Shown here one piece after another: positions 49,636 to 58,858 of a stretch of DNA of 64,000 bases. Numbering within the stretch: the first letter of the stretch is position 1; each line of letters begins with the position of its first letter. The notes under the pieces are model-generated. The model saw nothing but the letters and a program-made list of their open reading frames with translations, was not told the DNA's origin and did no database searches. This DNA is from a virus, in the IMG/VR virus record IMGVR_UViG_3300032087_004763, positions 1-64,000 of that record; one strand, 5' to 3'. A program made the position numbers and the translations under genes.

Positions 49636-49674
49636 AATATAATCTCTCAAAGGGGTGGGGCCGAAGCCCCGTTA

Positions 49675-49884
49675 TCATTCGTCGTCGTCTACGTTGAGTG
49701 CATCTTCTTGTTGAATAGATTCAATCAAAGAAACTGCTTGCACACATTGGTCACGTAGCTGACCGATTGTGGATAGTTCTTCACCTTTAAAACCACCACG
49801 TTGTGTTACTGCATCTACGACAGCAATTGTACTGCGCGAGATGCGATTAGCCAGCTCTGTGAGCTGTTCAGTCTGTTCAGACAT
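49675..49884 (-). CDS. conserved hypothetical protein
   Basis: VDAVTQRGGFKGEELSTIGQLR; AGGAG RBS; followed by a CUUCGG hairpin (49657-49670). Confidence 0.7.
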   Translation of the reverse strand: MSEQTEQLTELANRISRSTIAVVDAVTQRGGFKGEELSTIGQLRDQCVQAVSLIESIQQEDALNVDDDE

Positions 49885-49893
49885 AAGGACTCC

Positions 49894-50571
49894 TTAAGTA
49901 TTAAATGTCGACGTTTTTTCAAGAGCAATCCAGTAGTTGATGTCAAGCTCTTTGTGTGAGAATTTCGAAATGAGTTTCGAAGAGATACTTACATCATAAT
50001 CACCTGGAAGAATCTTAAGATTCGAGATGTTCAGGACGAAGTTAAACGTGGCATCACCAAAGTCACCATCAATATCGATCGAGAATGCATTTGATGTTGA
50101 GTTTTGGCTATCAACCACCGAGAGACTTAAGACTCCATCCTTGCCGGAGATAGAGACTTCATTATGGCCAAGGGCTGCAGCCGCACGCTTGAGTTTGTTG
50201 AGAGTATCGTTGTCAAGCGTGAAGGATACGTTTGCCTCAGGCATATTGATATCTTTCGCTGGGGTTGTCAATGTTTCTTCAGGTGAAAAGAAATACTTGA
50301 CCTTCGAACGACCAGATGAGTCACTGACTGTGACATACTCGTCGCTGAATTTGAGACGTGGAGTATCGACAAGGCCAAGTACTCCAATGAATTCGTTGAG
50401 ATCGTAGATACCAAAATCTTGTGGGAACTCAACGTCAACCACTGCTGTGGATAATACGTTACGTGCCTCTGAGATGGTCTTAACAGTCTTGCCGCTTCGG
50501 ATCATCAGATTCTGATTGATGTTTGAAAAGTTCTTGAGAACCTGTAGGGTATTTTCACTTAGTTCCATCAT
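49894..50571 (-). CDS. 45: sliding clamp gp45
   Basis: LKNFSNIN, FGIYDLNEF, PGDYDV, YWIALE. Confidence 0.95.
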   Translation of the reverse strand: MMELSENTLQVLKNFSNINQNLMIRSGKTVKTISEARNVLSTAVVDVEFPQDFGIYDLNEFIGVLGLVDTPRLKFSDEYVTVSDSSGRSKVKYFFSPEETLTTPAKDINMPEANVSFTLDNDTLNKLKRAAAALGHNEVSISGKDGVLSLSVVDSQNSTSNAFSIDIDGDFGDATFNFVLNISNLKILPGDYDVSISSKLISKFSHKELDINYWIALEKTSTFNT

Positions 50572-50630
50572 GTACTCCGTGTGTGATATGTTTCATATTA
50601 TACACTATATCTGATCGCATGTACAATACT

Positions 50631-52346
50631 TTATGCGACCATCTTACTAAAGTTTTTGTCCTTGACAAATTCAATCTTCGATCTGAACTTGCCGTCGAGG
50701 ATATCACCTTTATGTGATATTACAAAAACGTTTGTATCATTTAAGTGTGATAGGATCTTCTGTAGATTCTCCACACCGTCTACGTCAAGAGAAGAATCAA
50801 AGGTCTCGTCAAGAATCAGTAGATTCGTTGAGATAGAATTCTTCATCTTTGCTATCTGCCTCCATGTAAACAGGAGACTTAAATCAATACGTTGCTTCTC
50901 ACCTTCCGAGAATGAGTCATACGTAAACTCATCTCTATGACGTGACCGAATCGTTTCTTGGAAAGACTCATCAAGATCAAAGTGCACAAAGAAGTCAAGG
51001 ATCTGCAGATACTGATTGACCAATTTATTTATCACCGGAAGATATTGTTTTATGATTTTTGTCTTGATGCCTGTATCCTTTAGCATCTCACCGATCACTT
51101 CATTATAGTTGCGCTGCTCTGCAATCTCAAGTTTTCGTTCCATGAGCGAACTCTTTTCAGTGGTGAGAACATTGAGTTCATCAACCGCCTCTCCAAGATC
51201 TGTTCCTCCCTGTTCAATTTTCGAGAGATCTGTTCGCTTATTGTTAAGTGCGGCGTTAGTCCGTGATAGCGCTTTATTATTAGACACCAGGCTTTGCTGT
51301 GCTGTTCGAAGCTTCTCTTGAACTTGAAGTGCGACCTCCATATCTGATTCCACTTGAGCCGTGTCTGTATCGACATTTTGTAGTGTGCTATTGATATTCT
51401 TGGCCGTCGCTGTAGCAGCTTCGATCTTTTCGTCTCTAAGTTCCTGACTAATATCTTGGGAACATGTAGGGCAGACATCATTGTTCTGAAAGAACTTGGT
51501 CTCTTTGACCAGCTGTTTGATTTGAGCTTTGAGATCATGTTCATGCTCCTTGAGTTGTGTTTGCTTGGTGTTAAGCTTAGTAAGCGTCTCCGATACCTTC
51601 TCGCTATTGGATTCAATGAACGACCCGAGCTCAACGTTCTCATCCGTGAGTCGAGACTGTTCGGTCTCAAGCTCAGTAATTTCTTCTTTAATCTTATCCG
51701 CATATTCTTTGTTGAGCGCTTTAACATCGCTGATGTACTTCCTCTGTGTCTCAATCTTTGAGTTAACCATATTGAATGAGTACTCAATCTCGGTAGAAGA
51801 ATCCTTGAGTGATGCGTTCTTCTCACGTAGTAATTGATTCATCTTTGAGAATACATTGATATCAAGTAGATCCTCAATCACCTCGCGGCGGTGGCCTGCA
51901 GGTAACTGCATGAATGGAATGAAGCTACTGCTACCAAGTACCACGACCTGATGAAACGTCTTGTGGTTGAGTTTCAAGATATTCTGTTCAAGTAAACGTT
52001 GGTACTCTTTTGCGTGAGATTCTTGATTCAACATGCTGCCGTTATGATAGATCTCAAAGAGACTTGGCTTGATACCACGGACAATCTTGTAGTGGTTATT
52101 ACCCACCTCAAACTCTACCTCAACCACGCACTGTTTTTGATTTACAGAGTTAACGAGCTGAGGTTTATTGATATTACGATGAGGTTTACCAAACAAGCCA
52201 AAGGAGATGGCATCTAGCATTGTAGATTTACCAGCTCCGTTCTGACCTACGATAAGGGTTGATTGTGTTCTATCTAAAAGAATTTCGGTAAATTTGTTGC
52301 CGGTACTTAGAAAGTTTTTGTACCGCACACATTTAAAGATTATGAT
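50631..52346 (-). CDS. 46: recombination exonuclease ATPase subunit gp46 (Rad50-like)
   Basis: KNFLSTGN, GQNGAGKST, CPTC hook, FSEGEKQRID, LDETFD; start inferred at ATC 52346. Confidence 0.95.
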   Translation of the reverse strand: MIIFKCVRYKNFLSTGNKFTEILLDRTQSTLIVGQNGAGKSTMLDAISFGLFGKPHRNINKPQLVNSVNQKQCVVEVEFEVGNNHYKIVRGIKPSLFEIYHNGSMLNQESHAKEYQRLLEQNILKLNHKTFHQVVVLGSSSFIPFMQLPAGHRREVIEDLLDINVFSKMNQLLREKNASLKDSSTEIEYSFNMVNSKIETQRKYISDVKALNKEYADKIKEEITELETEQSRLTDENVELGSFIESNSEKVSETLTKLNTKQTQLKEHEHDLKAQIKQLVKETKFFQNNDVCPTCSQDISQELRDEKIEAATATAKNINSTLQNVDTDTAQVESDMEVALQVQEKLRTAQQSLVSNNKALSRTNAALNNKRTDLSKIEQGGTDLGEAVDELNVLTTEKSSLMERKLEIAEQRNYNEVIGEMLKDTGIKTKIIKQYLPVINKLVNQYLQILDFFVHFDLDESFQETIRSRHRDEFTYDSFSEGEKQRIDLSLLFTWRQIAKMKNSISTNLLILDETFDSSLDVDGVENLQKILSHLNDTNVFVISHKGDILDGKFRSKIEFVKDKNFSKMVA

Positions 52347-52467
52347 TTTTTCACCCTCCGCCTACTAAATATTTTTATAGCAAGCTCTTCAACGTCTTGA
52401 TTTTCAATATAACCATTATACAACAAAAATTTAGCTTTGGACATAAAAATTTGTTGTTCTTCTTGAT

Positions 52468-53055
52468 TTAACTCTCTAAATAATTCCGTATCAGATTTTC
52501 TTTCCACGGGAGCATCCTCAAATTATCTTTATCAGCCAATACCTCAGGAGGTATATCATTTTCAAATCCAAATTTAATTGGAATAATATGATCTAACTGA
52601 TAACCATCTTCAACCCCGCACAATGTACGTGGTAAGTTATCTGGATTGATTTCGTCTTTATATTGTTCATAAATTTTCTGAGTTAATCTATGAACTTTAC
52701 CAGCATATTTTTTATATGCCGGAGTTGTTTCTTTTAATTTAGCACCTTTACCAGTGTTACAATATGCACCACAGGAAAGCGAACAATATTTTTTTCTTTC
52801 AGATGGACAACATTCAAATTCGTTATTGCAATCAGGTTTAGCACATTTGCGAGTTTCTCTTTTTCTTAAATGAGATCGATCATAACTAATTCCTTTCTTG
52901 CAACCCATCGGTGTTTTTACGCCTAACTTAGATCTCCATCGAGAAATTGACGCTAATCCACAATCTAAAGCTTCTGCTATTTGAGTCGCTGATAAATTAG
53001 TATCTCTTAATAAATCTAATTGTGCTTCTGTTAAAGATTGAAATGTTCTTTTCAT
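52468..53055 (-). CDS. free-standing HNH homing endonuclease
   Basis: N-terminal HTH, Cys finger, YQLDHIIP...NLRMLPWKEN; AT-rich; TATAAATA at 53081-53074. Confidence 0.8.
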   Translation of the reverse strand: MKRTFQSLTEAQLDLLRDTNLSATQIAEALDCGLASISRWRSKLGVKTPMGCKKGISYDRSHLRKRETRKCAKPDCNNEFECCPSERKKYCSLSCGAYCNTGKGAKLKETTPAYKKYAGKVHRLTQKIYEQYKDEINPDNLPRTLCGVEDGYQLDHIIPIKFGFENDIPPEVLADKDNLRMLPWKENLIRNYLES

Positions 53056-53106
53056 ATAAACTCCTTATATGATTATTTATACATTTCATTTTTTTAACTA
53101 ACACAT

Positions 53107-54168
53107 TTAAACTATATCTAAAGCCTGTGCTTCATTCATGAGGTCTGACATCTCGGATTTGATCCTTGCTTTGTCCAAGTCTGTTTCAACATTATCTATA
53201 TACGTCGATAGCAATTCTGTAGTTTCTTCTACATTAATTCCATCGTCATCGACGTTCTCACCAAGAAACTCCTGGAAGTTCTCGGCAATCTTGAGTTCAT
53301 AGATATCTTGAGCTTGGATTCTATCGAGAAACCTCTCAAACATAAATTGATCGTTCTTTGTTTGTACAACAACTTTGACAAACTTACGAGAACAATCTGG
53401 CGTATCAATACTATTATAATCTATATGGCCGTCATTGTACAATATTTTTTTGAATAATATGTGCTTATTTCTTACGGGCGTGAGCTCACGGGTCTCAGTG
53501 TCAAGCACGTGGAAGTACTTAGGATCACCTGCATCAGACCACGTCAGTTCCATCTGATTACCGAGATAGTGAATATTATCTCTCTGAGATTTTGTATGGA
53601 AGTGACCAGACAACACCATTTCAAATCGTTTAAATATTGCAGCATCCATTCCGGTCGTTGACTTAATACCACGCATCATATCGAATCCATTGAGTTCCAG
53701 ATGTGCACAGATGATCGGTGCAGTCGTTTCCTGTAACCACTTGATTGTCGAATGATAGTTCTCATTATTGATCCACGGTACAAGGCCAATACTCAATCCA
53801 TCGTATTCATAGACTGATGGTTCCATGACAATCGAGATGTTGTTCATGTAATGACCAAGTAGTTCTTTCAATGTGCAGATATTGTTTGTATTCTTATAGT
53901 AGACGTCATGGTTACCCGGGATGATATCCATCTGCATGTTGTTGTCACGCAACACGTCTAAAAATATTCTCCTGTTATGGTTAATAGCTTTCACTGAGAT
54001 TTGTTTACGGTTGTCGTAATAGTCTCCGAGGTGAAGTACTTGCTTAATATCGTTCTCGATACAATATGGAAAGAAGGTGTCCGTATAGAATCGAGTCTGG
54101 TTTTCTAGAAAGATATCCGATGAGTTACGAACATCGCAGTGTGTGTCGTTTAAAATAGCAATACGCAT
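53107..54168 (-). CDS. 47: recombination exonuclease nuclease subunit gp47 (Mre11-like)
   Basis: NDTH, LGDYYD, GNHD, SGHFH. Confidence 0.95.
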   Translation of the reverse strand: MRIAILNDTHCDVRNSSDIFLENQTRFYTDTFFPYCIENDIKQVLHLGDYYDNRKQISVKAINHNRRIFLDVLRDNNMQMDIIPGNHDVYYKNTNNICTLKELLGHYMNNISIVMEPSVYEYDGLSIGLVPWINNENYHSTIKWLQETTAPIICAHLELNGFDMMRGIKSTTGMDAAIFKRFEMVLSGHFHTKSQRDNIHYLGNQMELTWSDAGDPKYFHVLDTETRELTPVRNKHILFKKILYNDGHIDYNSIDTPDCSRKFVKVVVQTKNDQFMFERFLDRIQAQDIYELKIAENFQEFLGENVDDDGINVEETTELLSTYIDNVETDLDKARIKSEMSDLMNEAQALDIV

Positions 54169-54659
54169 TATTTAGCCTTACAATTATCAAAATGCCATTG
54201 TTTCATTTGAGGTGCACCACCAGTTTTACCACAATATGGACACTCTAATTTAGGTTTAGGTTTACCTTTGTTGGCACCACCTATTTTTCTTTTGTGCTCG
54301 TCAGAGTGAGCACCTATTTTCTTTCCTTTATTCCAAGGATCTCTGCCAATATTGGCTAATCCCATATTTTTAGCAATTTCTACAGAATCTGGTCTAGACA
54401 TACCTTTCCATGGAACATCTTTTTCAAGCCAATGTTTAGCATGATTTTTTGATATACGAGATCTTGTTTCAACATCATGTTTATAGTTGGTTGGATTACC
54501 GTAATTACCATTTTTTTCTCCATAAAAAATATTTGGATTTTTTATGAATTCATTTAAAACCATGTTTTCCCATTCTTCTTGAGAAAATTGATTAGCCGCT
54601 CGTGGTGGGTTATTAATTAAATCTAAACGCCATTGTTCGACGCCTTTATAAATAGACAT
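54168..54659 (-). CDS. NUMOD3-type homing-endonuclease DNA-binding protein with no visible nuclease domain
   Basis: GEKNGNYG, PWNKGKK..HSDEHKRKI, CPYCGK..WHFDNCK; start at 54659 after AAGGAG. Confidence 0.7.
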   Translation of the reverse strand: MSIYKGVEQWRLDLINNPPRAANQFSQEEWENMVLNEFIKNPNIFYGEKNGNYGNPTNYKHDVETRSRISKNHAKHWLEKDVPWKGMSRPDSVEIAKNMGLANIGRDPWNKGKKIGAHSDEHKRKIGGANKGKPKPKLECPYCGKTGGAPQMKQWHFDNCKAK

Positions 54660-54738
54660 GCTGATACTCCTTAACAGTATTAGAATGGATGGAGGCTGCA
54701 ACCTCGCGATCCATATCTATTTATACATATTGCTATCT

Positions 54739-55332
54739 TCACTCAAGGAACTCCGTTAAATCTGAGTCAGCATACACCGTACGCTTTTTCTTCTGCTTCT
54801 TCTCTTCCTTTGCAAACTCTTTGACCTTCTGATCCTGATCCTTTACCTTATCGATGCGTTCTCTCAGGACGTCAACATACGCTAAGATCTCTTGAGCTCC
54901 TTCGGCTGATGCATCAAAGCCATCAACAAAATCTTCGATAGAAGCTCTGCTCAGGTACTTCATCTTAATGTCTTGCTGTTTCTTTTCTTTTGATATTCGT
55001 CGCAGGAAAGCATACCATGTAATCTGTGTAAAATATGCAAAAGCATTTGGTTTACCAGTTCTCGTAGCGGTCTCGATATTATAATTGTATATTGCTTTTA
55101 AACAATTCTCAACCGCATCCATTACCATCTCTTCGCGATATGTGTAGCGAATAAAATTATGCTTGTGCGACAAGCCTTCAGCGATACGTAAGAAACATTG
55201 TGCAATATAGTCTGGGACTATCGGGTGTGGTTTACCTTTATCTCTTGCTTTGTTTACTTTAGTTACATAGTCGACGACTGCCTGCGAAAAATCTGCATTA
55301 TTAACGTAATGCACACTTTGTTTTTTTGACAT
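54739..55332 (-). CDS. 55: late-transcription sigma factor gp55
   Basis: HYVNN, YTYREEMVMDAVENC, NAFAYFTQI..AFLRRI.KEKKQ. Confidence 0.95.
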   Translation of the reverse strand: MSKKQSVHYVNNADFSQAVVDYVTKVNKARDKGKPHPIVPDYIAQCFLRIAEGLSHKHNFIRYTYREEMVMDAVENCLKAIYNYNIETATRTGKPNAFAYFTQITWYAFLRRISKEKKQQDIKMKYLSRASIEDFVDGFDASAEGAQEILAYVDVLRERIDKVKDQDQKVKEFAKEEKKQKKKRTVYADSDLTEFLE

Positions 55333-55486
55333 GTCAATCTCCATTTCATAACAGGTATATTATACAACGATGTACGAAAAAAGTACATACAGGTTTTTTT
55401 ATCTCGAAGGGAAAAATAGTTGTGTACAAATCGCAAAAATCATGTTAAAATAAGTGTACACGGCTGGGGGAAAGGAGTATACCGGT

Positions 55487-55867
55487 TTAATGTACTGTTC
55501 CATCATCATTTATCATTTCACCAATAGCTCTAGCATCTGAATCGTTACTAAATGCTTCATACTCAAAGGGTTCATCTTTCATATCTTTCAGTACATCATA
55601 GTAGTGTTCAACTGCAACCTTTGCTGGTTTAGACTCTGATATGATGTGATATGAATTTAATACTTGCATACTATCCGGATCATTATTCATGAGCATCCAT
55701 GGTTTAAATGTATAGTATCTCATACTAGCAGATGTATCATCAATAGCAATAATCCGGAGCGCGCGACGAACAACCATTGCATCATTGTCTTCATCATTCC
55801 ATGAAACAACTTCGCATATAATCTCTTCATCGTTTGTTAACTTAAATTGTCGGATGTCTATTGTCAT
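55487..55867 (-). CDS. conserved hypothetical protein (Sm-like fold suspected)
   Basis: FKLTNDEEIICEV..KPWM; lies between uvsW and 55. Confidence 0.7.
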   Translation of the reverse strand: MTIDIRQFKLTNDEEIICEVVSWNDEDNDAMVVRRALRIIAIDDTSASMRYYTFKPWMLMNNDPDSMQVLNSYHIISESKPAKVAVEHYYDVLKDMKDEPFEYEAFSNDSDARAIGEMINDDGTVH

Positions 55868-57360
55868 ATCTCTACCTCGTATGTTTTATATATGAAGTTC
55901 TCTGCCTTGTACATCTTCAATCTTTCATACGAGTGCAGTAGAGCAAAATTTTGTCGCGATCCGCTTGAAATGTCGTCCGAGATATCATACAGCTGAGTTG
56001 TTCTCCCGTCATCTGATTTTCGAAGACCCCTTCCGATTGATTGTAAGACGCGGATCTGTGACTTACTTGGAGAAGCAAATATAATATTGTGCAGATTACG
56101 AATATTGATACCAGTACTAAAAGTCCCCAGGCTAGCGACGATAATGGCGTCTGACTGTTTTTCAGTAATTTTCCGGATAGCCTCTCGATCTGATGTGTCA
56201 GTTGCTCCACTAACAAAGAAAACTTTTCGATCATCATCTGCCTTGTCCTCAATTAAATCAAATAATATTTTACCATGTTTTTCTACATATTGAAACAGTA
56301 CAAGCGTATTGCCTTTCTGTTCTAGTGCAAGATTTCGTATAAAATTATTTCGTCTTTCGTGTCTTACGATATAATCAATTTCATCCTGGTATGAGCGTTT
56401 TCCGAAATCTTCCCGATCTTTGTGTTTGAGTACAAGTCGTTTGATTTCCAGCTTTGCCAGTGTGTCATTATCTTGGAGAGTTCTGGTGGTAGTGACCTTA
56501 AATACTCTGCCGAATAATCCTTGTAGTACGAGTTCATGAGTCTGTGTCCCATCTAGTGTACCTGTTGTACCAAATCGGTATGCTGCCTCTGTGCATTTGT
56601 TCATGATTGTGGTCAGTGACTTTGACTTAAATCCGTGACACTCGTCACCGATCACCATACCAAACTGTTCAAACCACGGAGCTCCTAATTTATATATGCT
56701 TTGCCACGTGGATATACATATCGCTGTATCAAAGTCTTTATCCTTGCCAGAGTAAATGCGATGCATCCCGCGCTCGCCTTGGCCATAAGATTTAAAGTCA
56801 TCATACATCTGCTCAACTAAGCTTGTTGTCGGCACGATAACCAATACTCGTCCACCCTTCGGATAACTTGCTCCGTGTGTCAATAGCTGTAACCAGTACT
56901 TAGCTAACACATATATAATGAGTGACTTTCCTGATCCTGTAGGTGAGAGTAGTACTGCCCTTCTACGTTCTAACCCTTTACATACAGCGTCAAACTGATA
57001 GTCACGTATTTCGTGCGGGAGACTAAGACTATGGATGAAGTCAATTACTTGTTTTGGATCTACAGCGAAGTTATTAGCAGTATTGTCAGGGTATCCATAT
57101 TTAGTCTTTTCGGTGTCTACGGTATATCCTCGCTGGCCTGCAAACTTCTCGAGGTGGTCGATGAGTCCAGCAGGTAGAGTATTAGATCTGATATTGAATA
57201 ACCGAATCTTACCGTCCCACAGTTTATTACGAAACGCCGGCATAAATTTATATCCAGGAACATAGAAAGAGAAAAACTCATTCAGCTCCTGTGCCGTACC
57301 AAAATCGCAGTCTACTTGTAGTTCGCTATGACTCAGCTTCCAGACTCGAATTGTCTCCAA
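55864..57360 (-). CDS. uvsW: UvsW helicase
   Basis: WDGKIRLF, SPTGSGKS, DECH, QSIGRGLR; probable TTG start at 57360. Confidence 0.95.
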   Translation of the reverse strand: METIRVWKLSHSELQVDCDFGTAQELNEFFSFYVPGYKFMPAFRNKLWDGKIRLFNIRSNTLPAGLIDHLEKFAGQRGYTVDTEKTKYGYPDNTANNFAVDPKQVIDFIHSLSLPHEIRDYQFDAVCKGLERRRAVLLSPTGSGKSLIIYVLAKYWLQLLTHGASYPKGGRVLVIVPTTSLVEQMYDDFKSYGQGERGMHRIYSGKDKDFDTAICISTWQSIYKLGAPWFEQFGMVIGDECHGFKSKSLTTIMNKCTEAAYRFGTTGTLDGTQTHELVLQGLFGRVFKVTTTRTLQDNDTLAKLEIKRLVLKHKDREDFGKRSYQDEIDYIVRHERRNNFIRNLALEQKGNTLVLFQYVEKHGKILFDLIEDKADDDRKVFFVSGATDTSDREAIRKITEKQSDAIIVASLGTFSTGINIRNLHNIIFASPSKSQIRVLQSIGRGLRKSDDGRTTQLYDISDDISSGSRQNFALLHSYERLKMYKAENFIYKTYEVEI

Positions 57361-57779
57361 GCAATCATGTTCCTTATGGTTTGATGTCGCCATTTAATAT
57401 TATCTATTATATCAGTAAGTGTGTCACGTGTAGTCTTCCAATACTCAATCAGCTCCTCCGACTTTTGAATCTCAGGATCTGAATCATAGTAGTGGTCCAT
57501 TTCACCTTTCATAACTTTCAATCCGTTAAACGGATCCGGATCCCAACCTTTTTCTTCAAGCTCATCTTGAGACATCTTACCATTATAGTATAACCACTTG
57601 TCTTTCAACAAGGACTTCTGTTTAAGCTCAGCTCTCTTCAGCTGCAGCTTGACTTCGGTAAGATATCTTAAATATTTTGCATGTAGGTTAGGTGTATCAC
57701 GGGATGTATCATCTAATTTCATACTATTAATTTTGCAATCATTCTCCCACATAGAGAGAATCTCATTCAATTCAATCAT
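57333..57779 (-). CDS. uvsY: recombination mediator UvsY
   Basis: PNLHAKY, KWLYYNGK, IRNMIAWRQFESG. Confidence 0.9.
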   Translation of the reverse strand: MIELNEILSMWENDCKINSMKLDDTSRDTPNLHAKYLRYLTEVKLQLKRAELKQKSLLKDKWLYYNGKMSQDELEEKGWDPDPFNGLKVMKGEMDHYYDSDPEIQKSEELIEYWKTTRDTLTDIIDNIKWRHQTIRNMIAWRQFESGS

Positions 57780-57791
57780 AATATTCCTTGC

Positions 57792-58349
57792 TTATAATGT
57801 AGTAGTAACAGTAAATGAATCTGTTATTGATCCTGTTGTAGAACTTACGTTCTTTAATTCAAAATAGCTAAATCTAAAAGATGCGCTGAATGTAATATAT
57901 GTATCACCTGAAGAAGTTGACTCAAATTGTATATCACCTAGAGATGTCGGAACACAGTCTAAGTATTTAATCTGTTTAGTTAAATTATTTGTGCTATTTA
58001 GGATATGTAAGGTAATGTCAGCAAAGTGAGGAGGATTTGTTCTGCTTCTTAAAGTTGGAGCCTGCATATCTGTGTCAAGTAGTCTCCTCATCCAATTATA
58101 CATTTCGGCATAACCTTGCATCTCTTCATCTACTATGATGTTAGCAGATAGTTCATTGAAGGTTAACTTATCACCTGGGAATGGAATTGCTTGGATTTTA
58201 CGAAACGGTACCTCAGCCGCAGACATTAACATTCCAGGATGAGTCACTGTTTGACAGAAAAACTCAAGGTTTGGATAGTTAGTACGGTCAAGCACCAGCT
58301 TAAATGACGTGGGCTGTAGGTAGTTAAAATTTTCTGTTAAATTTGCCAT
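57792..58349 (-). CDS. 3: tail completion / sheath stabilizer gp3
   Basis: NYLQPTSFK..PNLEFFCQ..PGDKLTF..PTSLGDIQF; position after 23. Confidence 0.88.
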   Translation of the reverse strand: MANLTENFNYLQPTSFKLVLDRTNYPNLEFFCQTVTHPGMLMSAAEVPFRKIQAIPFPGDKLTFNELSANIIVDEEMQGYAEMYNWMRRLLDTDMQAPTLRSRTNPPHFADITLHILNSTNNLTKQIKYLDCVPTSLGDIQFESTSSGDTYITFSASFRFSYFELKNVSSTTGSITDSFTVTTTL

Positions 58350-58750
58350 TAGATATATCTATAGTTACTAAATTTAGGATTAGAGCTTTTACAACGATGT
58401 GATATAGTTGTTCTATGAATATTTGTAGCTTCAGATGCTAGCTTTAATGTATCATATATTATACCATCAATTTCTACTGATTGAGCTCTAGGATTATCAG
58501 CACCATTTAAAATTGCAGGTGTTGTTTTATACCATTTTGGTACACCGGTAAACATTTCTTTAGCTTTTTTACCCACAGCTTTTTTTTGTTTATCTGACTG
58601 AGTTTTACCATACATTCCATTTTTTTCGCCACACCATCCATGAATATAACATGGTGTAGCCCCTTCTAAAATTTTTTCTTTAGATGGTGGAATATAATCG
58701 TCCCAACGTAGTCCGGCGATTTGTTGTTTATTTGGTATAAATTCATTCAT
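58349..58750 (-). CDS. NUMOD3/NUMOD1 DNA-binding protein (homing-endonuclease derivative)
   Basis: GEKNGMYGKTQS, NPRAQSVEIDGIIYDTLKLAS HTH; AT-rich; TATAAATA at 58763-58756. Confidence 0.7.
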   Translation of the reverse strand: MNEFIPNKQQIAGLRWDDYIPPSKEKILEGATPCYIHGWCGEKNGMYGKTQSDKQKKAVGKKAKEMFTGVPKWYKTTPAILNGADNPRAQSVEIDGIIYDTLKLASEATNIHRTTISHRCKSSNPKFSNYRYI

Positions 58751-58783
58751 ATTACTATTTATACCAAATAAAACTGCTAATAC

Positions 58784-58812
58784 AAAAAAGAAGGGCTTCC
58801 GAAGAAGCCCTC
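58784..58812 (-). terminator. rho-independent terminator after gene 23
   Basis: GAGGGCTTC-TTCG-GAAGCCCTT-CTTTTTT. Confidence 0.88.
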
Positions 58813-58858
58813 AATTATCAAAGGAGAAACATTATTATTATAATGGTATCTATCAGAC

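Larger units (their letters stand above)
820..55386 (-). promoter_or_regulatory. family of 14 early/sigma70-type promoters, (G/T)TAC-N17/18-TATAAT
   Basis: Copies at 820-847, 2122-2149, 19152-19178, 20981-21008, 21757-21783, 22651-22678, 29689-29715, 30407-30433, 34928-34955, 40835-40861, 42223-42250, 44720-44747, 50597-50624 and 55359-55386; each lies just upstream of a gene start. Confidence 0.85.
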
